A stretch of DNA of 63,701 bases, filler included, from Conidiobolus incongruus B7586 (GCA_000697335.1; 16 parts of 16 records of this genome joined end to end with filler, not necessarily neighbours in it), one strand, 5' to 3'; positions 1 to 14,300 are shown, numbered from the whole stretch's first letter. Notes: generated by a model not told the origin, from the sequence alone. A program made the numbers and translations.

Positions 1-1559
1 TAACCTATAAAAATAAGTTATAAAATCAAAAACATATATATTTTTACTAATAACTTAATTAATATTTAATAAAATAAAATTAAATTAAATAATTAAAATC
101 TGTTATATTTATTAATAATATATATCATTATATGATGATATTTAGCTATTAATTGGTTAAAATATAAACACTTAATTTTTACCTAAGATAAGTTATAAAT
201 TTTTAAATTTTTGGTGATAAAAAAATTAAGAATTGGTATATTTATCTTTAACTTTTCTAACTTTTTTAAATTTATAAGGTATAGAATCAACTAACTTTTT
301 ATATTAAAAAAGTTATTCTTGTTCTATATTTCTTAAATATATTCTTAAAACTAACTTAAATCTTTTGTTAAGGGGAAAATTTTAATATCTTTTTTTAACT
401 AATTTTAAAAACATTTAATTAGGTTAAGATTAAAAGAATAAAAAGAATACTTTATAATTACTATCTTGTTATTTTTGAGCTATTTGGTAATATAAGTTAT
501 AATATAATAATAGGTATTATTTTATCAAAAAATAATATTAAATTTATTTATCTTATATTATTCAATGGTTTTTTTTAATTTATTATTTAGAATACTTTAA
601 TATATCTTAATATTAATTCTCCTATTAATTTTACAAGGATATTTTATATTTAAAGACAGTATATATTTTTGAATAATAATAATCTAATATTATACTTTTA
701 AGTAGAATTAACATAATAGTTAAAAAATAATTTTATATTTTTTTTCAAGTATCTAGCTTTTTTATCAAATTTATTAAAATATATTTTTGTTTTATTAAAT
801 TAAATAACCTTACTCTAATTAATTTTAGTTTAATATCAGTAATAACATTTAAGTTTCTGTTTAGCTTTATAATAGGATTATTTTAAATAAATTATTTTTT
901 ATTAAGATATAAATAATATTTATATTAATATAAAGCATATATAATAGTATTAATATTAACTAATATTTTTATATAGTTTTATAGTTCCTGTTATATTTTG
1001 ATAATAATATTATACTTGCTTGTATTAACTAACCTATTGATATTTTTTTTATTATATTTATCTATATTTTTAACTTATTTAAATTTAAGTTTAAATGTGT
1101 TTTAATTGTTATTCTTAATAATTTTAACTATAGCAAATTAGCTAACACTTATAATTTTAATAATATCATCATTTAATTTATTTTTTTATATAATTGATAA
1201 ATATATAAATGAATTTTTTTAAAGTGGGATTTAAAGATAATAATAATGATAAAAAGTATTTAATATATTTATAAAATATTATATAAAATAATGGCAAAGA
1301 GAGAAAAAATATATAATCATATATTGTTAAATATATACCCTTAATCTAAAAACTTACAAATTTATAGCTTAATTAAATATCAAAGGTTAGTACCTTAACC
1401 AATAGTTTACTAAATATATCTAAATATATTTATTTAATATGAAATAATATATATTTATTATATATTATAGTTTTAAGTAATTTAATATATATAATTATTT
1501 TAATTATTGATTAAAGTATTTATATTTTTGATTTTATAACTTATTTTTACAGCTAAGTA
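1..1559 (-). mobile_element. Tc1-like (DD34E) DNA transposon, hypermutated, copy A
   Basis: Window start (taacctataaaaataagttataaaatcaaaaa) is the reverse complement of about 1527-1559 (ttttgattttataacttatttttacagctaagta), giving TIRs; TA follows the right end. Colinear with the copies at 22479 and 47705 and, reversed, with 14471 and 62174. The first few TIR bases lie outside the window. Confidence 0.85.
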
Positions 1560-2029
1560 TATAATAAATTTAAATTTAATAAAAACAAAAAAGATTGTTT
1601 AAATTAAAAATAAATAAAATAAAAATATTAATAATATAGAAAATTAAAGCATTTATATTTTGAATATATAAAAAGGTTTATTCAATAAAAAAATGTGTTT
1701 TTAAGACATTAATTAGAGGAGTTATAAGTTTAATAGAAAAATCACTAAAATCTTTAAAATAATTGAATAAACTAAATAATAACATAATTTGATCTTTGTT
1801 TATAAATATAATAAAAGTATTAACATCATTTAATTTAATTAAATTAATGTTAATTTCTTAAAAAAATATAACTACTAAATAAGGTAGAAAAATCACTAAA
1901 GATATATTTTAATAATTTTGAAAATAATTTATATATTTAAATAGTTTTTAAAATTTAATTATCATTTTAAATATATTCTTCTTTAGTTTTTAAATAAATT
2001 GAAATATTATTAAGATAAATAATAGTAAA

Positions 2030-2129
2030 NNNNNNNNNNNNNNNNNNNNNNNNNNNNNNNNNNNNNNNNNNNNTTAATTAATTAANNNNNNNNNNNNNNN
2101 NNNNNNNNNNNNNNNNNNNNNNNNNNNNN
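2030..2129. other. Artificial gap linker N44-TTAATTAATTAA-N44 (first of 15)
   Basis: The same 100-nt cassette recurs at about 12497, 14371, 16521, 23983, 27077, 39446, 47233, 49327, 51075, 52223, 57276, 58747, 60737 and 61875. The 12-mer gives stops in all six frames. Confidence 0.97.
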
Positions 2130-2471
2130 TTTTATATATTAAATAAATTTATTTATAAAAGCTTCTAATATATATTGATTACCTATTATAATTATAATCA
2201 TTTAAGTCGAAATTTATAAATATGATAGATATAAATAATTGATGATTAAATTTTATACAATTATTTTAAGTTTTATTTATATATATTAGTTATTATTCAA
2301 AAATAATATATATTCTTAATTTATTCTAAAAATATCAATTAATAACTATATTTCAAAATAATTAAATTTTATTATAAGTTTATTTATTTTCAAAAACTAA
2401 ACAATAAAGTTTTATATTAATATAATATATTTTTAATTCAAATCACAAGTTCAGTTTTTTAAATTCAAAAT

Positions 2472-2474
<3 letters not shown>

Positions 2475-2512
<38 letters not shown>
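2475..2512. repeat. (AT)n microsatellite
   Basis: AT dinucleotide run with one G interruption. Confidence 0.9.
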
Positions 2513-4080
2513 CAATAATAATAAAAGATATGACTTAAATATAGTATTTATTGATTAGATTCTGTTGAGTATTTTTTTAGTTATAATCTTATATTAGGTA
2601 ATAAATGTATATTTTAAACAAATATTAATAATAGTCAAATTTATAGGTTTTTATCCATATATACTATACAAACCTAAAATTTCAAATAATCATCATCATA
2701 TGATAGTATACTATAATTAAAATAACTTCCTTTTTTATAATGGCGTATAAATTTCAATTTCTGATGGATTTTATCAAAATTGAACAAATTTCAATACTTG
2801 ATCTAAGGCAAAAACTTCCTAACAAATCAAAATTTTTAAAATCCCTTTAAGTCCTACAATTAACTAAATGATATGATGTTTTAAATTATGATAAAGTTAA
2901 TCTTGAAAAATAAAATTTAATAAAAATAAAAAAATATAATGATGTAAAATCAAAATAATAAATAAATCATGATATAAAGAATAAGAATCGTTGATTTAAA
3001 TAATTAAGTTAATTTTAAAAGTATAATTTAAATATATTCAGACATTTTGATAGCTAACTTAGGTGCAAGTTAAATCTGAAAACCCGCCAAAAATACTGCA
3101 TCAATCCAATTATTTTTTAAATTATATTTGATTTAAAAGGATGATCTGCTGGGAAACCGTTTTCGTTCTTGATGAAATATTTAGATTTTTTAAATCTGAA
3201 GGATTTCCCCAGGATATGGTATATATTCAAAGCATATAATATTGCAATAATATAAGTGCATTTTAAATGTATACATTTGACCAAGATGAGAAACTTAATG
3301 CTATGTTACAAAAATTTTATATTTTCAAAAATTAACATTACTGTTTCTTGATTGATTTTAATTAGGAACTATTTATATTATCAAAATTTATCAATATAAC
3401 ATTTTACTATCTAAAAATAGGTCATGATAGAAGAAAATACTTATCAAATTGTGACCTTGGTAAAATAACTCGCAAGCTGAATACCAAACTCTATTATTTA
3501 AATGTTAATAAAGCAATATAAATTTATTTATATCTCATGATTTATATTAACTTTTGAGAAATTATATCTTGATTTCTATTTTGATCACATCAAACTAATG
3601 AAACATTCAATAATTACGAAATTTAGATTTTATGGTAATTTCCATAAAAATTGAAAATTGGCTCTATATTCTATATTTATATTCAATAATAAACCAAGAT
3701 TTTCGCCCATTAATAGAAATTTTCAAATTATTTAATTAATGATATATTTCGATATATTGAAATAGGATTATGCACATATTAATTCATAATAAATATTATA
3801 TTTACCTCGTGATTACCTTTGATCTTATCCACTTATATCATATCAAAATAACAAAGTTTATGGAAGTATTTGATTACCTACTATATTTGATTCATTTGAA
3901 AAATTTTCAAACAATTTTCTAATAAAATTCGAGTTGAAATATGCATATAATAAATTCTAGCATTTTGATTATCTAATGTATGGATTGATAAAGTATTAAA
4001 TCAAATATTAAGGCATATATAAAAGCGAAATTGTATTATTGCTGCTCAAAATAACATTGGTCAAATTTTATATATCAAAA

Positions 4081-4634
4081 CTACTTTTTTATCTGTTTGT
4101 TATTAATACCAGGACCCATAAGAACAAACTTGATTTCGTTATTACTGTGTCTGTTTTTGTAGTTTCGTTTAATCTTGTTAATATCTTGTGGACAGCCTCG
4201 TTTGAAAAAAGGATGATAGAACGCTGAACACTTGCTCATAGGCCCTTCTCTATTCCTTCGACGATCCGTAATCCTTGTAAAACCATAAGCCTAAAGAATT
4301 ATTTATACTAAAAAAGGACCAGTTGAATAAAATTCACTTACCAACAGTTGACGAGAAAAAGAGTACATACTCTTGTTCTTAAAGCTAGAATGTAGTTCAT
4401 GCTGAACAAATAATTCGTTATCTGGAATGTAGAAACTATCACCTTCTTGTGACCATTTAATATACTCCGAATTATTGACTACACTAAAAGAATGAGAATC
4501 GTAATGGGTAAAATGAACTTGAAGAAAAAGGTAAAAAATTATTTGAAAGTTAATGGAGCTCTTTCAAAGATCCATGGTAAGTACACTTACTAGTATAATT
4601 TTTCTGGAAATGATCCTGATTTTGGCATATTCAT
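4081..4634 (-). CDS. HSF-type DNA-binding-domain-only protein, paralog 1 (131 aa, 3 exons)
   Basis: Exons 4634-4591, 4483-4342, 4290-4081 with GTAAGT...TAG introns translate to MNMPKSGSFPEKLYYVVNNSEYIKWSQEGDSFYIPDNELFVQHELHSSFKNKSMYSFSRQLLAYGFTRITDRRRNREGPMSKCSAFYHPFFKRGCPQDINKIKRNYKNRHSNNEIKFVLMGPGINNKQIKK*. This matches the HSF motifs FxxKLY, IxWxxxGxSF, SFxRQLxxYGF and FxHxxFxRG. Confidence 0.9.
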
Positions 4635-7600
4635 TCAATATATGCACTATGGGACTAAGCAAACGGAGTGTTAACCTAGTGTGAGACAAAATCTACAAAA
4701 TAGGGTTAGTACAAATGCTGGCTGACGGAATAATTGATTTTAAATTGAAAATTGATATAAAACCAATATTTTGTTTGTATTTAAAAGAAAAAGCAATGGA
4801 TTAGAAAGTGAGAGTTATCTATTAAAAAAATTAAATTTAATTTTCATCCAAATTTTTTGAAAATCTTAATATTAGAATTGAATCCGGTATTGACTTCTTT
4901 TTGACTAATAATTTTCTCAACTAATAATTTATTCCATCATTATTTTCTCAGAATCTGTCATACTCTTATGGTATAAATTATTTCATTTTAAGCTAAAATA
5001 TAATCTTTACATAATGATTAATCATATAATTAAATCAAACATCTCAGAATTTGAATCAAAATTAATTTTTAGTCGATTAGTCACCGTTTCTCCTTATTTA
5101 CATATCCAACTTATTTCACAACTTGGTACACATTTAATAATTATTGGATTTCTTAATTCAGTAATTATATTCCGATAACTGTAATAATCTATATAGTATT
5201 AAAAAACCCAAACAGGTCAGGGGCTTATAATAGCTAGTGATCAATTAATTGTTTAAAATAAAAGTTTGATAGTCTATGAAGCATATTCTATTTACCTATA
5301 GTAGGTATAATAAGTTTTTGGTTATAATAATATTTAACACCATACTATTCCAATAATATTTAGAATACCAAAATATAATATCATTAATAAATATAGTAAT
5401 TAAAAATAGGTGAATTTGATTAATAGATATAGAAGATATAAATAATGATATTTAACCTAATTTAAATAACACCAATTAATATAATTATTATTCATTTAAA
5501 CTTATAATGTACAACTTTAGTTTACTCCATCCAATGTTACATATTGCATATGAATCAAAATAAACAAAATATCACCTGTAAAAATAAAATATTCCCTTTA
5601 ATATAATATGTATTTTATAATCTAAAAAATATAATATTTATTACTTTCACAATTGACATAATATTTATATTAAATTTGTGCAATATGAACTCTAGATTGA
5701 AGTGAACCCAAAATTGCATGAATGATGATCTTTCAACAATGTACTTATATTAGTGGTTCACTGCTAATATTAAATACTTCAATAATCTACACACTGAATT
5801 ATTAAAATATAATTTTTATGTGCTAATTTACCTTGATTAATAAAGTTATTTGAACTTGAAGTAATTTTTATAAATTAATTAGAAATTTTATATACTATAC
5901 CATAGATGGTTTGATTAATATCGATATATAATTTAATATTGGAAAATTGAACTTGAATATATCATAATATTACTGTAAATCATAATACAAAAGAACAGAG
6001 GCTGTATTCAGTTTTCTAATATATAAATTAACATGATTCATATCTTTTTATTTCCAAAGTCCCTATTTTTGACATATGTTTTGATTATAAAAATATTATT
6101 GATATTATATGAATACGAATAACTATTGAAAACAATAAACTCATATATTAGCCAAAAATTGTTCTAAGCTATATTAATGAAAAGTATATTATATTTATTT
6201 ACCTTATCTTAGTTAACGTCAAATCATGAATAGCTTCACCAAAAAAACTCTAATAAAGATTCAAAAGACAATTATATTTAATTATCAATTATACAACGTA
6301 CCTTGTTTGATGCCTCATGCCAATAATACTCTTAAATCATTCGAAATATAAATAAATATTACCAAAGATATTCTGTAAATCCCAGCCTCAACATATAATT
6401 AAAATACATATTTCTATACCAAATACCCTAATTATGTTAGATTTTAGTTTAAAAAGTAAATGCCTTATTGGTTGTTTAATGTAGAGAAAAGAAATTCATA
6501 GTTTTAGTTATGAAATTTATATTAAACTTGCGCATCCAATAACCATTATTATTTCATTATTTATAATTTTATCAAGAATTTGAACAAAATTCCAATTATT
6601 AAAACATACTTTTTAATTTCCTTAAAGATCAAGTATCACCAAGTTTGTTGTTTTTCTTTACTCTGTTGAATAATTTTTGTAATATATATAAATTGCTTCT
6701 TGTATAAATAGACAACAGTTAACTTTAAATTAGGGACCATCCTTAGGTTATATAGATTTTTGATGATCGAGGTAATTGGTTTGTAATACAAACAATCGAG
6801 CCACCAATTTAAATCTGTGTCAGTTGATTATTAAATTTATTACAAGTTTAAAAATTAAAAAATTTTGACATATTTAGATAAATAACTATTTTAAAAAATC
6901 AAATCTAGTTTATATATTGTCTTCTAATCATATTTTTATAGATTATTCTTTCACAACATATCTTTCGATTTTAATTATTTTTGATTATTACCTTAAACTG
7001 ATTTTCAAGATATCATTTGCTAAAAACTGAATTATTTATTTTTTCCAATAATAATATATATTGTAATATAGAATAAATTATAAAAATCATTATATATGAC
7101 TTCTACTCAAGGAGCATTTATATATTACATTAATGCTCCCATCTCCTACATTATACTTGTCAGTTGCTATTTCACAATATTTAAGTACTTACCAGGTGAT
7201 ATAATTTATATTAACAATACCTTTACTAAAATTTTTTAAATATTAAACTTATAGATATCACAAGTTTGATAGTTGTGAGCGATGGAAAGTACTTTAGAAG
7301 ATATTATCCATCTTACTAAATCCAAGAATAATAAATCGAATTATTCTTTAGAAATTTATTATTCACACCTTGCTTATCCAAACTAATATTATATCACGAA
7401 CAAATTAATCAAACTTCCCAGCTCATAATCTAACATCTTAACTATTTCTATTCATTTATAATCTTCAATTTTGATTAATTAAATTCCTTATAGTAGTATT
7501 GAAATCTAATTCCTTATGAAGATATTTGTTTTACCTGTAATTAAAAATGTTATAACTAATAAATTATTAAAAACCATTATAAATAAATTAATATAAATTT

Positions 7601-8077
7601 ATATATATTAATTTAATATCTTGATTTCGCGCCAATGGAAAGGTTCGTAACTAGGCTATTTTTACAGTAATTTATTATCCATAATTCATAATTGTATGAT
7701 TATTTCATTTTGTATAATGATAGATATATTTAAATAAATCGTATAAACTCTTAATGTAGAATTGATAAATTTAAATATGATGATGAATATAACATAAGTT
7801 AAAAGTATAAATTTATTAAAATATAGAGTATCAATAATATAAATTCTAAACTTACCTGATATTATTATATGTGCCTCGCTATCCATCATATCTGAGCTAT
7901 ATTTTAAAAATTCTCAAATAATTTTCTAATAAAATCTTGTTTTTAAATATTTCTGTTATCAACTATTGAATATTCAGTTACAATACATGGATCCAAAAAT
8001 ATATATAGTATGAAAATATAAATATTAAAAAAACCTCACTTTACCTTTTATATTTATTGAGTTATTTTATATCAAAC

Positions 8078-8637
8078 TTATTTCTTTTTCTTCTTTATAT
8101 GATTACTAGGATCCATTAAAATAAACTTTAGTTCGGTATTATTGGATCGATTTTTATAGTCACGCTTGATCTTATGTACATCATCTGGACAGTTCCTTCG
8201 AAAGCAAGGATGGTAGAAAGCTGAACACTTGCTCATAGGCCCCTCTTTATTCCGTCGACGGTCAGTAATTCTTGTAAAACCATAAGCCTAACAAAATTAT
8301 TAAATTGAAAAAAAAAATCAGAATTGAAAAAATAAGGTAATTACCAACAATTGGCGAGAGAAGGAGTACATACTCTTGTTGTTAAAACTGGTATGTAGTT
8401 CATGCTGAACAAATAATTCGTTATCTGGAATGTAGAAACTATCACCTTCTTGTGACCATTTAATATACTCCGAATTATTGACTACACTAAAAGAATGAGA
8501 ATCGTAATGAGTAAAATGAACTTGAAGAAAAAGGTGAAAAATTATTTAAAAGTTAATGGAGCTCTTCCAAAGATCCATGGTAAGTACACTTACTGGTATA
8601 ATTTTTCTGGAAATGATTCTGATTTTGGCATATTCAT
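8078..8637 (-). CDS. HSF-type DNA-binding-domain-only protein, paralog 2 (131 aa, 3 exons)
   Basis: Exons 8637-8594, 8486-8345, 8287-8078 have the same lengths as paralog 1. Translation MNMPKSESFPEKLYHVVNNSEYIKWSQEGDSF...HTSFNNKSMYSFSRQLLAYGFTRITDRRRNKEGPMSKCSAFYHPCFRRNCPDDVHKIKRDYKNRSNNTELKFILMDPSNHIKKKKK*. Frame is preserved, with many synonymous changes in exon 3. Confidence 0.9.
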
Positions 8638-11302
8638 TCAATATATGCACTATGGGACTCAGCAAACGGAGTGTTGACCTAGTGTGAGACAAAATCCACA
8701 GAATAGGGTTAGTACAAACGCTGGCCGACCTATTAATCTATTCTTAAAGCGCAAATTAGTATCAATCAAATGATAAATCAAAATTTAACAGAGAATACAC
8801 TAGATTGAAAAGTGCAAGTTAACTAATAAAAAATTGAAAATAATTTATCATCCCAATTATTTTTTAAAAAAATTCAAAAATGGTGTTTATTTTTCAATTT
8901 CTTTATATGGTAATATTTTACACATTTTATATTTTGTATTGTCGAAATTACTCTAAATTCATTATATTCATTTAAAATGAATAATATCAATATTAGTTTA
9001 ATTCTATTATTTAATAATTAATCGTTCAAACCTAGTTAAACCACTTTCAATTCAACCAAAATTTTGTTTTCATCATTGTATTAAGTAAATAAATCTCCCT
9101 TAATTCAGTTGTCCAGTCTATTCTAGAATTAAGCAAACCATTTTAAATAATTTTAACTGATTATATGCTCCTTAATTAGGTAAATTAATTCCGAAAAAAA
9201 TATAAGGTTATTGAAGTATTTATACAAATTAGGGTTCTTGATAGATTGAATATTTTTAGATAGTTTAATAAAGCATTTTTTCGCTTAGAAAAACTGATTT
9301 TTTAAAAAACTTAACGACTCCATATATAATTGATGACAGGTGGATAGTAATTTATTTTATCCAAGGTTCTTGATTTATTCAAAAATTATAATCTTAATTT
9401 TTAGATACTTCTAAATGCAGCATAACATATAATATACTTTAACAGTATTAAATTATTAAATATATTTGTTTTTATGATATCGCATATTTAAAATCTTTTG
9501 ACTTAATCTATTATCAAAGATATGTAAATAGTCAAGTACAGATACTATTTTTATCAAGTGTCTATTTAATAATCCCGTGTAATATATAAAATTTAATTGA
9601 TAATTATTATAATGGTTTAAAATACCTTCTATGTACAATATATTTGGTCGTCCTAGAACCTGAATATCTGATTCTCCATGTATATTGCGTCTATTTGATT
9701 TTAGATAATTTATGAATGCTGAGTATAAATTTTAGAATTTGAAATTCAGTTATTTTAAACAAATATATATGTGTTTTATGAATTTTGAAAAAATTTATTG
9801 AATTAGGACCATAATTTGTAAAATCATCTTTGATAACTTAATGATAATTATTACGTCATTTATCATAATATCATTTTTAATTTAATGTATTTGGTAATAT
9901 CTTAATATTTTTTATTTTCTGTTTTAATATTAAGTCTTAATGAAAATTGATCTATTTTGACGATTTGATTTTTTTCTATAACAGTTCTTATTTAAAATTC
10001 GATATATTATTAATATTTAACTAATCTTTGAATTAACACAATTGATATAAATGTTCAATAAGCATTTATTTTTATATTATGTATCAAAATCATCAATGTC
10101 ATAATTAGTAATTGAAATCAAAAATCATTGATTTAAATTCATTACTAGTAAAATATTCAAAATAAAAAACCTATAAAACTTATTTGTCTGTTTATAATGA
10201 TTAGGCTTTATCATTTTTTACTTAAACACTGAATTAGTAAGTCTAAACAATAATGAATTGTGGGAAATAGATTCAACTGATTTCTCAATTATTGATTCTA
10301 AAATAGAAAATAAAATTTGAAATTTAATTAATAATAAGGTCAATTTTCCATATAAAGATACAGTTAAGCATCTCCAAATAATCTATAATTTTACATTATC
10401 ATTTAAACAACTACTATTGGTTAGTAAAAATATTCAAAAATACCTCCATATTGTAGTAATAAAGTGGGAAAAACTGTTTATAATAAACCAAAATTTAAGG
10501 AGTTTAACCAATTATACTCAGCTAATATTTTGAATATATTATTAACACATTATTGGTTGAGGGTAATATTATTTCATTTTTTATTATAACAAAAATTTGG
10601 TTGAAAATAAAATAACCAAAATATACTATTATAAAAGATAAATATATTTCAAAGACAGACTTTTAATCCATGCAATGCATCTTAATAAAAATATACTTGA
10701 TAAGGTTTTTCCAGAAAATTTCTATATAAAATTTATCTAAAACTATTTTATCAAATATTATTTTCAAAAGGGTGGCGTTTTTAATAATTAACAAATTAGA
10801 TTTTTTACTTCAAAATACAAAATTTTATATAATAAAAAAGGTAATTACGAATATGGTGAATGAAATGAAAGTTGACTTAATATTTATTTCTGATTTTAAT
10901 TCTTATCGCTATAATTTTTTAAATAATTGGTTCAAAGGTTTAATTCATAAATAGTTTATAAAATTTAGTAATTCAATATTATTATCATAACATATAGAGT
11001 GTATTTTTCAGTCAAAATATTGCTTTAAGGCTAATTAATTCTCATACTATTTTAGGAAATATTAACTATATATATATATATATATATATATTGTTTAATT
11101 ATATAATATAAATTTTATCCAGTTGTCTTTGAATTTTTAAAAAAAAATGGAATGATTAATCATTAATCCTGATATTTATAAAATTAATTTAAATTTGAAA
11201 TACTGATAATAACCTATACTACAAAGCTTTTTCAAAAATAGTATTAAAAATTTTAAGTATTACATATAACCCCTTAATTGATTAAGGATAAATGCTCAAA
11301 GA

Positions 11303-11342
<40 letters not shown>
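11303..11342. repeat. (ATT)n microsatellite
   Basis: About 13 tandem ATT units. Confidence 0.9.
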
Positions 11343-14300
11343 TATTTCATATATCAAATTTAATTAATTAACCATGTTATTATATACTTGACATTTATAT
11401 ATATTAATTATAAGATACTGCTAAACTATTAAATTAAATACTAAATAAGAAATCTTTTAGTATTACGTTATATGGCATTATTTTTCTTAATAAAAAATAT
11501 TTATAAATTAAAATCAGCGATAAATATATTAAAAAAAATATTATGAATAATATTTTTTTGAATTTAATAAATTCATTATAGAAATATGATACTGAGTAAT
11601 TTCAAAATATAATAGTTTTAAGCCTATTTTATAATATTTGTTCAACCTGATTTATAGGTATATAGTATAATATTGATTATAATATTTCTCTTAAATATTA
11701 ATACTTATATAATAATTCATAATTTCGACAAGAGTTAAATCTATCTATTAAAGTAAAAATATTAAATATATTTTGTATATAAACACAACAGTTCAAAAGG
11801 TAAATTCGCATGATTTAATAAAACACTGTTTGATGTAAAATATTTATTTCAATGTTGTATTCATATTATATTAAATGATAAAGAATTATTTATTAACTCA
11901 TTACGTATATATATACTATAAGGTTTTTGAAGAATTTCAATAAAAACTAATATTACTGGAAATTATCAATTTTTATAATTAATAAATTCAAATAAAAAAT
12001 TTTACATTAAAATATAATATTAGGAGAATTATTCTATATTAACTATCAATAAGTATTTACAAGTAACAATTTTTGGCCAAGATCTTTTCAATATATAATT
12101 TTGAAATACTTTTTAACTTACTTAAAATTGGAAAAACTAATATAGAAGAATTTTCTTATATAAAGCATCCTGAATTTATAATTAGCCAAAGAAATACATA
12201 TCAAAGAAGTATTCAAATAATATTATAATATTTTAGTAAATATATTAGCATAGATTTGATATTCTAATATTACTTTCGTTATAATTTTAATTAAGTTCAA
12301 TTTGAAATTAATTTAAAAATTCAATATATTAGTGTATTATATTTTATTATAATATTTATTTATTATATTTAAATATATTTCTATAAAATATAATTTATGA
12401 ATTGAAGTCTATAATATAAAGCTAAAAGATATTAAGAATATTTTGGTAAATAAAATTAATTTTATAATAACTAAAGCATATATTATTTTGAAAAAANNNN
12501 NNNNNNNNNNNNNNNNNNNNNNNNNNNNNNNNNNNNNNNNTTAATTAATTAANNNNNNNNNNNNNNNNNNNNNNNNNNNNNNNNNNNNNNNNNNNNAAAA
12601 TTTAATTTAATTATATTTTTATATTAGATAATTGTTATATTTTTTGAAAAAATTTCTATAAAACTAAATAGATTTAAATAAATTAACTATATTATTTTGA
12701 CTTATATATATATATATATATATTATTAATAAGGATCAATAAAAAAAACTTTTATTTTAAGCAATAATATAATTCAATTTATTTAATTTTAATAAAACCA
12801 CTATACAAACTAATAGATATCAACTATTAAAAATTATTTTCAAATTTATTTTTAAGCTTTTATATATTATAATAATATTAACGGACTTTAAATTCAATAT
12901 ATTAATTATGATAAATTATGAAAATTTATTGTCCTATTTTAATTAACATTGTTTTTAGAATTTGATTTGAAAATTTATAAATTATCAACCATATTAAATA
13001 TTTTATTTTTATTTACCAAAACTTTCCACTCTTAAAATAAATTCAATTATTAAATATTTTACCTTAATATTATCAATAAAAAATAAAAATTATTAATTTA
13101 TAAATGTTTAATATTATTTGTTCTTATATAAAAATCAAATCCAATATATCACTTCCTTAATTACTTCTAAAGCAAATTAAAAAATTAGAAAATAATTGTA
13201 ATATAGATATTTTGCTTAATTTACTAAATTTAAGGCTATTAAAATAATTTTGATTATCCAAAATAATGGATTAGGATTAATCATTTATTATAAGCAAATT
13301 TTTCAAAAATTTCATTTAGTTTTCTTGCTATTATTATATCATATTATAACTTATCATATAATCATCTATCTTAACTTTTTATTTAAAATTTATAGTCTAA
13401 TATATTTATTAAATTTACTTTCTATATCATAACATAATTAAACTGGTATTATCCAAATAATCAGAATTCTCTATAATATATGGTATTTTATAATTTTTAA
13501 TAAAAATTAGGAGGTCAAATGAATATATAGTTATCATATACTTTAATTATAATTTATAAATCTAATTTGTAAGTTTTAATATAATTTTATATAAAATTTA
13601 AAATTTGATTTAAAAACTACATAATGGTATTCATTTAAATTCAAAATTAAACAAAATCATTAATATATAATCTATATAATCTAAAATGCAATATATTACT
13701 GATAACTTTTTTGAATATTAAATTTTTTTTAATATTATATAACGCTTCTAATTTTTAAAAAATAATTTTTTCATTTTAGGCTGAAATTTGATATTTTTTA
13801 TATTATTTTGATTTATTAAAAAATTTGCTGATAAAAGTTTATTTAAATATTTAAAGTCATTTTAATTATATATATTGTCATTTAGTGAATATATTAGATA
13901 TGATATCTATCTTTAATCTTTTATATAAATATTTTTATAACTTTCACTTAGTATATTTGTAATTATTTATAAAATAATAAATAACTTCGCTTTAATTAAT
14001 ATATAACAATTTGTAAATATAAATTTAAAAAATATATAAAATATATTTGATTAATTTCAATAATTAAATTATAGACTATATATTATTATTATATATTATA
14101 TATTATGAAAATATAAATTAACTTATAAATTAAAAATTTTTTTATTGGAAATTTAAGAGAGTTTATTGGAAGTCAATATTTTTGATTTAAATAAAAGAAA
14201 ATACAAAAAGATTTAAATTTTTGAATTATAATGATTTAATATATAATTTTTTTTAGCTATACCCTAAAATATTTGATTTAGAATTAATTTTTTTGATTAT

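Noticed and set aside
7111..7139. GGAGCATT...AATGCTCC inverted repeat
   Set aside because: A single 8-bp stem with no second copy or context; compatible with chance.
4039..8677. Plus-strand ORFs 4039-4227 and 8495-8677
   Set aside because: They are antisense to the spliced HSF genes, and the 8495 frame is broken by a TAG in the other paralog.
13140..13300. Possible hAT dimerisation-domain relic on the minus strand (FW...AKYL); other decayed coding-like tracts at 1560-2029, 58000-58560 and 60837-61874
   Set aside because: Probably old TE debris, but too degraded to classify or delimit by eye.
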